NCBI GenBank assembly: GCA_951406725.2
Contig: OX597814.1
Location: 143,964,001-144,028,000 of the forward strand
Direction: 5' to 3'
From: Octopus vulgaris
Taxonomy: Eukaryota
DNA length: 64,000 nucleotides
Below, piece by piece: positions 12,162-25,208 of this stretch. Every line of letters starts with the position of its first letter. Positions within the stretch are counted from its first letter, which is position 1. Below the pieces are notes generated by a model, which was not told the origin of the DNA, did no database searches, and saw only the letters and a program-made list of their open reading frames with translations. The translations under genes and the position numbers were made by a program.

Positions 12162-12758
12162 AGTGTGTGTGTGTGTATCCAGTATCTTTTACCTGTTTCA
12201 GTCATTGGACTGCGGCTACGCTGAGGCTCCACGTTGAAGGGTTCAATCGAATATATCGACCCCAGAATCAATTCTTTTGCTGAACCGCTAGATCATGGGA
12301 ACGTAAACAAACCAGCACTGGCTGTCAAGCGGTGATGGGGATAAACACTAAGAGAAAGGTACATACATAGCTATATGCATATATGTGGCCGACAGGATTC
12401 TTTCAGTTTCCACTCACAAGGCTTTTGTAGAACCGGAAATATAGTTGAATACACTATCCAAAGGCGCAACGCTGTAGGACCGAACCTTGAACTATGTGAT
12501 TGGAGATCAAACTTCTTACCACACAACCACGCTACATAATTGTTTTTAACTGTAGAACTCGAAGTAGGTAAAAGTTACTCTCAGTTTCCATCTACCAAAT
12601 CCAGTGGGCCCGAGACTATCGTAGAAGAGACTTGCCCGAAGTGCTGCACAGTGGGACCGAACCCGCAAACGTGTGGTTGGGAAGCAAGCTTCTTACCACA
12701 GAGTCACGTCTGCGGCTGTAGCCACGTCTACGCCTACATATACATACGTACATAATAC

Positions 12759-12825
<67 letters not shown>

Positions 12826-13089
12826 CATATTCTTTTATTCTTTTATTCTTTTACTCGTTTCAGTAATTTGACTGCGGTCATGCTGGAGCATCGCCTTTAG
12901 TCGAACAGATCGACCCCAGGCCTTGTTCTTCGTAAGCACAGTACATACTCTATCGTTATCTTTTGCCGAACCGCTAAATTTCGGTTTGTGAAGTGATAGT
13001 GGCGAGACAAACACAGACACACAAATACATACATACATGCATATATATATATATACACACACACACATATTTATACATACATACATACA

Positions 13090-13170
<81 letters not shown>

Positions 13171-13240
13171 GACGGATTTCTTTCAGCTTCCCTCACCAAA
13201 TCCACTTACAAGGCTTTGGACGGTCCTATATACATATATA

Positions 13241-14545
13241 CAGGAGCAGTGAAATAATTGTTTAAATTATGCAAAATGAGGATAACACTAGCATCCCGTT
13301 TTAACTGATATATTTTCCATGATTACATAAAAATATCTTGAAATACTAAAGAGTAAATTTATTCAATAAAATCGCCATTGGCTTCAACCACGACCTCCAG
13401 ACAACTTCGGAATCTCCTGCAACTCTCCTGGACGGTTTCCTTGTTTAAATGTGTGAATACTGCCATAATCCTTGCCTTCAGTTCATCTTTGCTGTTACAA
13501 GTTTTGTTGGTCTCTCGCTCAACATAATAATCTCACGCATAATAATCAAGGGGATTGCAATCTGTTGGAGTTAGGTGTCCAGATTTTAGGGGTGATGTGG
13601 TCGCAGAAATTGTCTTACAGCCATGACTGGGATTTCCTGCTTGTGTGGCACGGTGCAGAGTCCTGTTGCCGGACATAGGGTCTTCCAGTAGCCACCCTCT
13701 TGACCTAGGGCAGCACTACCTCCTCCAGGCACTTGATGTAGTCCTCCGTGTCGAGTGTGAGGCCGATTGGCAAGATGAATGGGGGCATAACGTCGGCATC
13801 ACTAGTGATCACTCCAAACACCATGATGTTGACTGGATGTTTGATTTTTTATCATTCTGGGTATAGTTTTGGGAGAATACAGCAAACCAGCGGTTGTTCT
13901 GTGTGTTCACCATCTGATCTTGGCAGAAACTTTTCTCGTCTGAGAAAAACCAAAGCATGTTTGGTTAGAGGCGATGCTTGAGTTTGTCCAAAAGCTTCGT
14001 AATGCGATCATTCCTCTTGTCCTTGATAGCTTGAGTTAAAAATTGGCTCTTTCTCATCTTGTATGAGAAATACCGAATGTCTTCATGCACCACTTGCCTG
14101 ATAAGAAACTCAAACACATGTCCTGGCGAATACCTTAATTGACCTGGAGAGGGATTGTTGTCAATCATGGCCTGGAACTCACCAACAAATTCAGGAGTTC
14201 TTTTCTTATCAGAACGATGAGAGTGAGTTTTCCGAGCAACCGTACCTTTGTAATCACCATTAGACTCAACCAACTCTTTCCAAATCCTCTGCACTGTCCT
14301 CAGATTAACATGCAAACACTCTGAAATGCTCATATTAGAGTTTCCGGCGCGAATGCCAAGTAGTACAGCATGTCGTTTCTAAATTTCTGGCAGAGTGAAT
14401 TGTTACATGGAGCTGTTTTTCTCACAGACGGTGCCCAACTGACCCTATTATATTGTGCGGTCGACAAAATCAAAAACAAACAATGCGCATGCGTGAAATT
14501 AAAATTTTAAAATGGCGACAATCTATTAATGAGTCCTACGCACTG
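13241..14545 (-). mobile_element. Tc1/mariner-superfamily transposon (maT/DD37D-like) with a decayed transposase
   Basis: HTH ECLHVNLRTVQRI; catalytic motifs FFSDEKSF, VMVFGVI-like and WQQDSAPCHTS-like; WTPNS (WPPNSPDLNP-type); C-terminal VVEANGDFIE*; CAG...CTG ends with TA on the left. Confidence 0.85.
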
Positions 14546-14825
14546 TGTGTATATATATATATATATATATACATATATATGTATCTGTACATATACATAT
14601 ATATTTTTATTCTTTCATTTGAGTCGGTCATTTGACTGCGGGCATACAAGAGCACCGCCTTGAAGGATTTTAGTCGCACAAATCGACACCAAGGCCTGAT
14701 TTTTAAAGCTTAGAACTTATTCTATCGGTGTGTTTTGCCGAAACGCTAGGTGACGCGGACATAAACACACCAACACAAGTTGTCAAGCGGTGATAAGAGC
14801 CAAATACAGACACAGACACACACAC

Positions 14826-14864
<39 letters not shown>

Positions 14865-15104
14865 ATTCTTTTAGTTTCCGTATACCAGATCCACTCACAA
14901 GGCTTTGGTCGGCCCGAACTTATAGTAGAAAACACTTGATCAAGGTGCTACGCAGTGGAACTGAACACGGAACCGTCTGGTTGGGAAGTTAGTTTCTTAC
15001 TACTCAGGCACGCCTGCACCCATACATACATACATACATACATACATACATACATACATACATACATACATACATACATACATACATACATACATACACA
15101 CTCA

Positions 15105-15164
<60 letters not shown>

Positions 15165-16772
15165 TCATACTACTTATATTTACATACATATAACTACTTC
15201 AAGTGCATAAATATACCAACGCGTTTAGATACACGCATCACACGCATATATATATATATACAGTTAAATTTCATTTTCATAATTAGTATACAAAATTTAA
15301 TCCATAATAAATTTGAAAACAACTGGAACAAAATAGTAAACAGTTACGAAAACCACAAAGTTCCCCAGTAAACTACTGAGGTCGAATCAATCGACTAACA
15401 CGCATTCTCTCACTTGATGGGCTTGTGCCTATATTAGAAGCACTTGTATATTTCTAGTGACATCATATATTACTAGCTATCAAAATCTTTCCTCGTCCAT
15501 TTCCGATCTGCCTCGGAGAATCTGCGTCATTGTATCTGTCAAAGTCAATCGTTGACCAGAAGCCTCATAAGATTTGCTGTTCGCTTTTTTGAGTTGCCTT
15601 TTTTCTCTCTTCAACTATTTTTCTCTCATTCTGTTTCTTTAAATTTTCGTTCCTTCTTATCCTTTTGTCTCTCTACGCCTGCTTATTTCTCTGTCTCTAT
15701 CTCTCCCCTTCTCTCTTTATCGTTTCTTCCTTTCTATTATTCTCTTTATCTTTTCCGTTTCTTTTCTTGTTGATGTTAGACAAAAAGAGTGGGGTATCTA
15801 TTCTTTCGGTTTTTATGTTAAACTTGAAAGAAATATATATCCTTCATTTTTTGGTCTAACCAGACATCAACAAGGAAAGAAAATTTATCAAAAGAAACTG
15901 AGGGATAAGGAAACAACAAAGAAAGACAAGTAGAGAGATTTGGCAATAGAGGGACAGGGAGGGGGAAATAGAGAAATGGGAGAAAAACTTAAAAAAGAAT
16001 AAGAGGACAGACTAAACGGAAACTTGTAAACCTAGCACAAAACATACTCATATGTAATATCACTGTCCAAAAGATCTAGCCAATAGGTGACTTTAACAGA
16101 TACAATAGATATATACATATTATTATTTATTTCATTAGTGTAGCTTTGTTATTCTGCGAATAAAAATAACGTAAATATAAAGATAACTGCCATTTGTTAG
16201 AAGTTTCAATTTAACTATGGTGTCTTATTTTGGGACGAGACCACCAGCTTTTAAAAATGGGAGATTCGCTCCAGAACTTGACTGATATATTATTTTATCA
16301 ATTCCAGAACAGGAAAGGGTAAAGTCGACCTCAGCGGAATTTAAACTACGAACAGAAAGAGTCGGAGAAAATACCGCTCAGCATTTTGTCCGATATTCTA
16401 ATGATTCTGCCAGCTCGCCGCCTTAAGTTTTAATTTTATAATGGCTTAAAATTTTGGCACAGAACTAGTGGCTTTTGAGGGGAGGAGTTAAGTCGTTTAC
16501 ACTGACCCCCAGTACTTGACTGGTACTTATTTTATCGACTTCAATGGCATTTGAACTTCAATGAAATGCAAAAATAATATTCTTTCTGAAATTATATTAA
16601 TGACATAATTTGACGTAGGCATGGTTGTGTGGTGATAAGTTTGCTTCCCAACCACATGGTTTCGCGTTCAGTCCCACTGCGCGGTACCTTTGGCAAGTGT
16701 TTTTTTTCTATAACTTCGGGCCAAACAAAACCTTGTAAGTGGAATAGGTAGACAGAATCTGAAAGATGCGCG

Positions 16773-16821
<49 letters not shown>

Positions 16822-16822
<1 letters not shown>

Positions 16823-17122
16823 GAGACCACCTTCGGTCATGACAAAGACCATGGGATTGAACCTAGAAAGTTAACCTCCCAGGTACAAGTCCGGGCAATA
16901 TTGTTTATGGAAGACCAGCAGTCGCCCATGCATACCGGCCTCCGCTCTCCAAAGAAAAGGCAAGAGCAGATACAGCTTGGCACCTGTGACGTCGCAACTC
17001 ATTTCTACAGCTGAGTGAATTGGAGCAACGTGAAATAAAGTGTCTTGCTCGGTCCGGGATTCGAGCTCACAACCTCACGATCGTAAGCTCGATGCTCTAA
17101 CCACTGAGCCATGCGCCTTCAC
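16822..17122 (-). mobile_element. CORE-type tRNA SINE (family C) nested in the linker of a family B SINE
   Basis: Head GTGAAGGCGCATGGCTCAGTGGTTAGAGC...CGAATCCCGGACC. A fuller copy is at 38236-38576 and a tail copy at 22940-23125. Confidence 0.85.
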
Positions 17123-17124
17123 AT

Positions 17125-17178
<54 letters not shown>

Positions 17179-17465
17179 CTTTTCCTCCATCAGCACATGA
17201 TAATTGGTGTTGGTGTGCTTACGTTCCTGTAATTTAGAAGTTAGGCAAAAGAGACGGAAAGAATTAGAATGACTTTAAAAAAATAGTACTGGGATCGAGT
17301 CATTCGAGCAGAAGCTCTTCAAGGTGATGCTCCAGCATGGCCACACTCTATTGACTAAAACAAGTAAAATATATCTTTAAAACGGTTCATTAAAACCTGT
17401 TGATTTTCTTTTTAATAAATCGAAACTTTATATATTTGATATTTGCTTTCAGTTAAACACATACA

Positions 17466-17500
<35 letters not shown>

Positions 17501-18529
17501 CATGCATGCACACATACACACACACAGCACGCACGCACACATGCACAGCACACACGCACACACACAGCACGCACGCACACACACAGACGCACGCATGCGC
17601 ACAAACGCACACAAATATGCGGTGTTTCTTCGTTAACATAATACACATACAAACACATATATACACATATATATACACATACAAATATGATATACATACA
17701 CACTCACAAACACATGTACATATTTGTACGTGTAATTTCAGGCGTGTATGTATGTATGTATGTATGTATGTATGTATGTATGTATGTATGCATGTATGTA
17801 TGTAACTGCATGCATACGTATGTTTAAATTCATATGTGAATGTGTGTGTATAAGTATTTATGTATTGAGAAACAGACATACTATACTTACATAATACCCA
17901 ATTTCCATACTATTTGAACAGCTACTTTTTCTTGTTTATTTTTTTTTTGTATGTCAGGTAAAAAGAAAGGAGAGACAAGAAACAAGAGAGTCGGTGAGAG
18001 GCCAGTGGGGAACATGGAAAATATTTCACCGGTCGTATGTTAACAGAAGAAACACTTGGTCGACGGCTCGGTGATAAAACAGCTTCTGTTACCCTTTGAT
18101 GTGGTGACTAAGTTTAGTGAATCACATCATTCTGTTGACCGTATGTCATATCAGTTATTTATTTGACAATGAAACACTTGGCCGCTGAATTACCAATTTT
18201 CTCTTTAAAAAGTACATGTATCTGCTAGTTAAAAGAAAGAAACAACAAAAGAAAAACAACAGCAACAATAATAAGACCAACAATGAAAGCGCATTTCCAG
18301 AGAGGCCTTATCACGTGACCAAGTAGGTAATAAACACATATGAGAACTGTCTTTATATAGATGCTAACGAAAAAGATTGTTTTATTTTGAAGCACAAAAG
18401 ACATATTTTAAGGGAAGGGAAATACACGGTGTGATGGTAATGCCTTTCATAAATGTATTAGCAGTGCTTGTTTTAATAAGTGGCTATCATGAATCTCTTT
18501 CTCGCTCTGAAAAATGGCCATTTTAAAAA

Positions 18530-18975
18530 TATTGTTTTAGAAATATGTCTAGAGTACGCTTGAGAATACAACTGGTCAAAATGGAGGCCTCTCCAAAGGA
18601 TCTCTGCTGTAATGTTACTCGATAGGAAACGTAGTTCAGAGATTAGGGTATGTCTACAAGTCGAGCCACTATTTCTCTGTATTGTGAGATCACAGCTCTG
18701 ATATTATGGGCATATGGTCAGAATGTTGCAGGAAAGGATCGCATGACAGCTTCTTCAAGCTGAGTTAACCGACAAGAGACCCCGGGGTAGACCAAAAGCG
18801 AGATGGTTAGATGATATCCATAGTTTCAGTTGGTCACGATTGGGAATCCAGAAGGAAATTGTAATGATGGTTGCTTGTAATAGGACCCTAAGGAAGGAGA
18901 TGCTTGAGGATTCGAACCTCAGAACTCTCCCCGGAATAACAGGCAGAGAAAATGGATGGATGGATGGATGGATGA
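18530..18975 (+). mobile_element. RTE-clade (Expander/Rex3-like) LINE 3' end
   Basis: Translates as IVRSQL*YYGHMVRM..RIA..KRPRGRPKARWLDDI and ends in a (GATG)n tail. Confidence 0.8.
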
Positions 18976-21837
18976 AGATGTTTTGAAGCGTATATTTCTG
19001 GATTGAAACATGCACGCAGATGATTTTACTTTGGGTTGTTCCAGATGATTGACAAGAGCATCAGAACGGCTGATGGCTGAATTAGCAGAGCATCGGATCA
19101 AAGTACCTTGCGGTACTTAGTTACGCTCTTTTACGCATTGAGTTTCCATCCCACTGAAGCCTGTTTCATCGCTTTTCATCTTTGCCTGTGTTGGAAAAAT
19201 ATACCAGTTGTAGTTTTTGTCCCAAATCAACCCTGACGAGGCAAGGCTGTGATTAAAGGATTTCAATCCATAACCATCTCATTTATTTCTCATGTTACGT
19301 ACATAGTATTACATTAACCAACATGACCTTCGTTTTTTAAACGGTATAATCTGGTGTAAGAGAAATTTGGCTACTTTTTCTGAGGTATCAAGTGACCACG
19401 TCGAGGTTTTTCTTTGGCTCTTCTGTTTGAAGGAAGACTTCTGACTATGGAGATAAGATCTAGATGAAGTCCATAAGCAAGTATCTTATTAACAAGATTT
19501 CATTTCCATAGACATGGCAGCTAAATCTCCCTCAAATCATAGCCAACTGTTTTGAAAAATGGATACACAGGATAATGGACACACAGGAAAGATTGTCCTG
19601 ACAGTAACGCCTTTCAGTGTTCATAGTTTTGCTCGATTATGGTCACCAAAGAACAACAACAACAGCAACAATAACAACAACAGCAACAACAACAACACTA
19701 CAAGGTGTTAGCAGAGAAGTATGCTGTAATGTAGTCTTATTGTTGTTTAGCCCGATGCCATCTCTGATTAAATGAATCTATTATCAAAGACGTTATCAAG
19801 GCCGGATACAAAAAGTGACAGAACCCTGGGACCGTTGGCGTTCCCGTCCGTCTTCACGTCCTTGGTTCAAATTCCGCCGAGGTCGACTTTGCCTTTCATC
19901 CATTCGGAGTCGATGAAATAAGTGCCAGTTGAACACTGAGGTCGATGTAATCGACTTAGACCCCACCCTAAAAAATGCTAGCCTTGTGCCGAAATTTGAA
20001 ACCAATATTCCTCCATTCTCGTTTGACCTGTATCTTACACAAATACAAAACCATATGAAATGAAAGCGAAAATCGGACAATGATCAGTGTGAAGTCGCTA
20101 GGTGTTTGGCGAATGTAAAAATCGTGATTCCCGTCCTACAACTTCAATGGTCATCACAAAACCCAAATCTTTGCAGGTTTCGGGTACAAAGGAGATGTTT
20201 ATTTATTTGTATATTTATTCATTATCCTCCAATTTTCTCCACAACCTTCTTTCCTCTTCTATGCTCTTTTCTACACCCTTAACTGACAAGCTATATCGCT
20301 ACAGCGGTCCAATTCAGGTGACAAGATGCAACGGTGTCTAAAATGGATTAAAGAAACACATATACGAAACAAAAAAAAAAGAAGAAAGAAATGAATAAAA
20401 TCAACAAAATTTACAAAAACAGAAAACAACAAAAACACACAGCAACAACAACAACAAACTGTATAATCAATCCGTGTAGATTAAAGTGTCTGCCAGCGAC
20501 AAGTAATTATATAAAGAAATTGAACAGGAAAGTTTAGAAATAACATCAAAGATGACCATCATAGATGATTATGGTGATGTCAATAAATATAATCGAGATG
20601 GGAAATGTTGATGTTGGAAGAGATAAGAATATGAAAGAGTTGAGGTGTGGTGTTGGTGGTGGTGGTGGTCGCCGTCGTGTTGGTGGAGGTGCTGGTGTTG
20701 TTGTTAACTCTACCTAAACTACCTATCACCTCTAATATCACTACTAACAAAACCTAGCGGAGAGCTTTCTCATTATCACCATCATCATTATCTTCTTCTT
20801 CTTCTTCTTCTTCTTCTTCTTCTTCTTCTTCTTCTTCTTCTTCTTCTTCTTCTTCTTCTTCTTCTTCTTCTTCTTCTTCTTCTTCTTCTTCTCCCTCTCT
20901 CTTTCTCTCTATATGCACACAATTACACATATACATACCTACATACATATGTATGCACATATATATATACGAACCCCTCCTCCTTCCATATTTTATCCTC
21001 TTCTTCCTCCTCCTTTTCCTCACCTTCATCCCGGCACCGCCGCCATCATCCTCATGTCCATCATCATCATCATCATATCGTCGCCGGTGTCGCTGCCTTC
21101 TTCACTATATTTTACAGTTCTTTCTCTTTCTTTTTCAGAAACTTCCTTTATTTTTTTATAATTATTGAATGCATATATAATAGATATTTTGTGTGCGCGC
21201 GCGCGTGTATGTGTGTGTGTGAGAACGTGCGTGTATGTGTATGAAAGCGCGCGCGTTCGTGTGTGTATATATAGATAAACACACAGACGCATAAATGTAC
21301 ACACGAACTCACTCATATATATATATAATTAAGTTCGGCCAAGATATAAACTATTCAAAAACGAAGTAGAGAGTAATTATTAATTATAAATACTGCAACT
21401 ATTATTTCTTCCTCATCCGAGTTCCGTGAAACAGGTTTTCAAGAGGACAAAATTCTACGCAGGAACAATGTTTCAGAATGACGAAGGTGGGAAGTGACAA
21501 TTCTTATTAATTTTGAAACAAAATCAGCAGTTCTGAATGGAATGACGGTAATCGATATTGGTTTGAAACGGAATTCTTGAGAACTGAAGTGACAAATTTA
21601 CCTTATCTTGGCTTACTCATTTTGCCCCAGCTAAATTTGTCCTTTATACCCTCAAAGAGGACGGTGGTAATATTTTCGGAAATAGTGCTAAGATTATGTT
21701 ATAATTGTTTTTAATTCAGAGAAGGACCCTAAATTTGTAAGATATTGAACGTTTGTAAAAAATATTGTTTTCTCAAAGCCCAAAAATACTGTAAAAGTTC
21801 CTCATTGTGCCCTGCCCCCATACCCCTATATATATAT

Positions 21838-22240
21838 AGCAATAATAAATCTCTGAACGAGATATAAACAGTAACTGCACGACAATGTGAGGTATACTTG
21901 CCATCTCAATATGGCTAACCACTAAGGGTGGGTGTTACTGTAGCTTGTAGCCCTTGGAGAACACCGTCTCCAGCTGGCATTAGGCACACTTTCTGTGCCC
22001 TTATGGTATTTGAAAAGGGAGGTCATCCTTCCTCGTCAACCCAAGTGATACGCACGGACTGCAGTTTCTAGGTTTTGACCTGTCCTCAGCGTACGACAAT
22101 CACCGGTTGTCGATGAAGGGAGGTCCCAATATAAATTCTTATATCGTTTTTCCAGTAATTTATCGTCACTGATTTCGAAAAACTGTCTGCAAGCAATAAT
22201 AAATCTCTGAACGAGATATAAACAGTAACTGCACGACAAT
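21838..22240 (-). mobile_element. Retrozyme-/pLTR-like 354-bp monomer with 49-bp terminal direct repeat
   Basis: Identical 49-mer at 21838-21886 and 22192-22240; contains an intact hammerhead; a diverged relative lies at 44065-44315. Confidence 0.7.
22051..22095 (-). ncRNA. Minimal type I hammerhead ribozyme (intact core)
   Basis: CGTACG CTGAGGA C AGGT CAAA ACCT A GAAA CTGCAG TC CGTGCG: 6-bp stem I, CUGANGA, 4-bp stem II, GAAA, palindromic helix III, GUC cleavage triplet. Confidence 0.8.
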
Positions 22241-22305
22241 TGTACCGTATTTTACAATCCTGTAAATAATAATGATGGTATTTTTATATAAGCTTAAATC
22301 TTATG

Positions 22306-22715
22306 GCGATCACCGTGCAATGACTATGGAAAATAGTCTAATAAAAGGGCATATAAGACCCCAACAGAAAAAAAGAAGGCTTTCCTATCCGTGTGAGACG
22401 CGAACGCACATCCTTTGTTCACACGACTGTTACCTTTACACCAGTGGGTGTAAAGGTAACACACTTAGTCGCGGATAGGAAAGCCTTCTTTTTTTCTATT
22501 GAAGGCTTATACGCCCCTTTATTAGACTATTTTCCCTAGTCATTGCACGGTGATCGCTTGCTTTACAACATGCCAAAATTTAGAAATAGCAGTTAAATAC
22601 TATTCTACTACCATAAGATAGCTCCCAGACAGCAATATTCTCGCTGTCTGGGAATCTTATGGTAGTAGAATAGTATTTAACTGCTATTTCTAAATTTCGG
22701 TATGTGGTGAAGCAA
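22306..22715. repeat. Two abutting long inverted repeats (hairpins) with a tRNA-like core
   Basis: Outer arms 22306-22393 / 22470-22557; inner perfect 15-bp hairpin 22428-22461; second hairpin 22558-22633 / 22643-22715. Confidence 0.9.
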
Positions 22716-22864
22716 TTTTGCTAAGCCCTAATTATAATTATGTTTATAATTATAATAATTTTTGTATAAGTTTGCCAATAATGCTTCTTTTAACATACCG
22801 AACTACTTGGTAAGATTATTAATTATAAATTGATTAATTAATTTTACCCTTTATTATTATTGAT

Positions 22865-22901
<37 letters not shown>

Positions 22902-23129
22902 GTGTGTGTTTGTGTGTATGTATGTATAAAGAATAAAAGGTCCCCATTGATCAAGAATGACCATAGAATTGCACCTACAAAGTCCCCACCGATGTACAAG
23001 TCCGAGCAAGATTGTTTGTGGAAAACCAGCAGTCACACATGCGCACAAGTCTTCCCTCTTTACACCACCGATGTTGTCCAAGGGAAAGGCAAAAGCCGAC
23101 ACAGTTTGGTAACAGTGACGTCGCGATTC

Positions 23130-23490
23130 AGAGTGTCTAGTAGCATGTATTTGAACAACATAGACAAATACTGCTATATCAAATACCATATCTGTATTTG
23201 TACTAATCATTAGAACTAATTCTACTATTGAATCATTAATACTAATTGATTCTCTGCCTGAAGAATTCCTAATACGACATATCTTACAAATTTTCTCCTA
23301 CATGTGCAAGTTTGTAACTCCTATTACCAAATGAAACACGTGTAATGGTGAATAAAAAGTACTAAAATATTTTCCAGCATTTTCAACTCCTACATAAAAG
23401 TCACACAAATATAACTTCTACATACAGAATTGAAATACTGAAATAAACATGTACTTCAAGAGACACAGCTTGGATTTTAACCCTATCACC
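23130..23490 (+). mobile_element. Penelope-like pLTR relic with hammerhead motif
   Basis: CTGAAGA (23258) ... long stem II ... GAAA CACGTG TA (23333-23344), then AATAAA (23351). Stem I is decayed. Confidence 0.6.
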
Positions 23491-23504
23491 ATGATATATA
23501 CATA

Positions 23505-23558
23505 TCAATACACACACACACACGCACACTCACATATATACATATGTATATACATACA

Positions 23559-23595
<37 letters not shown>

Positions 23596-23606
23596 GTGTA
23601 TATATA

Positions 23607-23679
<73 letters not shown>

Positions 23680-23684
23680 TTATA

Positions 23685-23745
<61 letters not shown>

Positions 23746-23765
23746 GCACACACACATACATACAC
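23505..23765. repeat. Compound (TA)n/(CA)n microsatellite, representative of >80 simple repeats
   Basis: (TA)n, (CA)n, (TATG)n, (GATA)n, (ATT)n, (CAT)n, (AGT)n and (CTT)n tracts are directly visible throughout the window. Confidence 0.97.
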
Positions 23766-24652
23766 TCTTTGCCAGATGGAGTGTTGATTTCAATGTCAAC
23801 GAGATGAAATAATGTCGTTGCTCGTTCTGCCTTTATCGGGCATTTTACACATACCTACCTAAACACACCTAATTGTTTGTAGTGAAAATAGCGTATCAAA
23901 TGAAAGGGAGAACTTGGGTATCTAATTTCAAATCGATAACAAAGAGAAAAAGTGAGACAGATTACTGTACTCTAAGAGCTCCTCTTCACCCATTTCAATC
24001 AATTCTCTTCCTTAAACCGTTGTTTCGGTCGCTTATATAGCGATAGAATAGCTTTAGTTGGATTGTTTCTATTTAGGTATACAACAGATATCACAATAAA
24101 CTGCTCATATTTCTGTCCAACATCTCTCGGTAAAATGTACGAAACGGGGCTACTTCTAACTTCATGTTTATCTTCAGAATTAGTGTCACAATCATTACTA
24201 TATTTTAACAGTATATCCCTTGTCGTATTTTATCTATCCAGTGTGATTGATAGTGTATTAAGAAAGAAAGGTGTTCACATCAACCAAAATACACCGAAAA
24301 AACATGTCAGTCGGTTTTTGTTTTAAATGAATTTCTCATCGTTGTAATTAAATAATCAAGATTGACTCATAGAAGTTGTTTATTTTTTGGCAAGATATGA
24401 CTGAACTACGTAGCAACATTATTTTAGAATAGCTTTAAATGTATAGTGGTTATTGGTAAGATCAACAGAACTCATATGTAGAAATATATTTGTTTAACGA
24501 ACTGACAAGCATTCAGCACCGAGGGACACACACACACACACTCTTACAGTACAAAGACATGTATAGACACACACGTTTGTATGTAATACTATTACAGGTA
24601 TTGACACACATATATCTACGTATGTATATGCATAAAGATGTATGTATGTATG

Positions 24653-24705
<53 letters not shown>

Positions 24706-25142
24706 GCATACATAATATATGGATATACATACATATACATACATATATATATATATATATATACATATATACATATACATACATATACATACATATACAT
24801 ATATACATACATACATATATATATATATATACATATATATACATGTGTTTGTGTATGTATTTGTCTGTATATATATATATATACATGTGTTTGTGTATGT
24901 ATTTGTCTGTATATATATATATATGCAGACGTATAGATACACACACATACAGACGCACAAACACAGACACACACACATACATATATGCATATATACTTAA
25001 ATGTATAGATACACATATGCATATACCCTTGCATGTATGAGAGTATGTGTGTATGTGTCTGTTAATGTGTGCCTCTAGTTAATACAAAAATTGGTTTACT
25101 GGCGGTCTCTCTTCAATAATATGAACAATGCTAGTAGGCAAA

Positions 25143-25208
25143 TTGTCGCTGAAGAATTTCACTCAATGTGTATACAGTATAGTTAGGAAAGTGAAATATT
25201 GTAGACAA
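25143..25208 (+). ncRNA. Hammerhead-like motif in a PLE relic
   Basis: TTGTC G CTGAAGA ... GAAA TATTG TA GACAA. Stem I TTGTC/GACAA is perfect; stems II and III are eroded. Confidence 0.55.

Noticed and set aside
21915-21960. Pistol or twister ribozyme assignment
   Set aside because: Only copy 1 supports the pseudoknot and the catalytic residues are not clearly matched, so it is kept as an unassigned structure.
21995-22028. SECIS-like ATGA-N11-AAA on the minus strand, present in both copies
   Set aside because: The 3' strand of helix II pairs only partly in copy 1 and not in copy 2, and there is no UGA-containing ORF nearby. A SECISearch run on the consensus would settle it.
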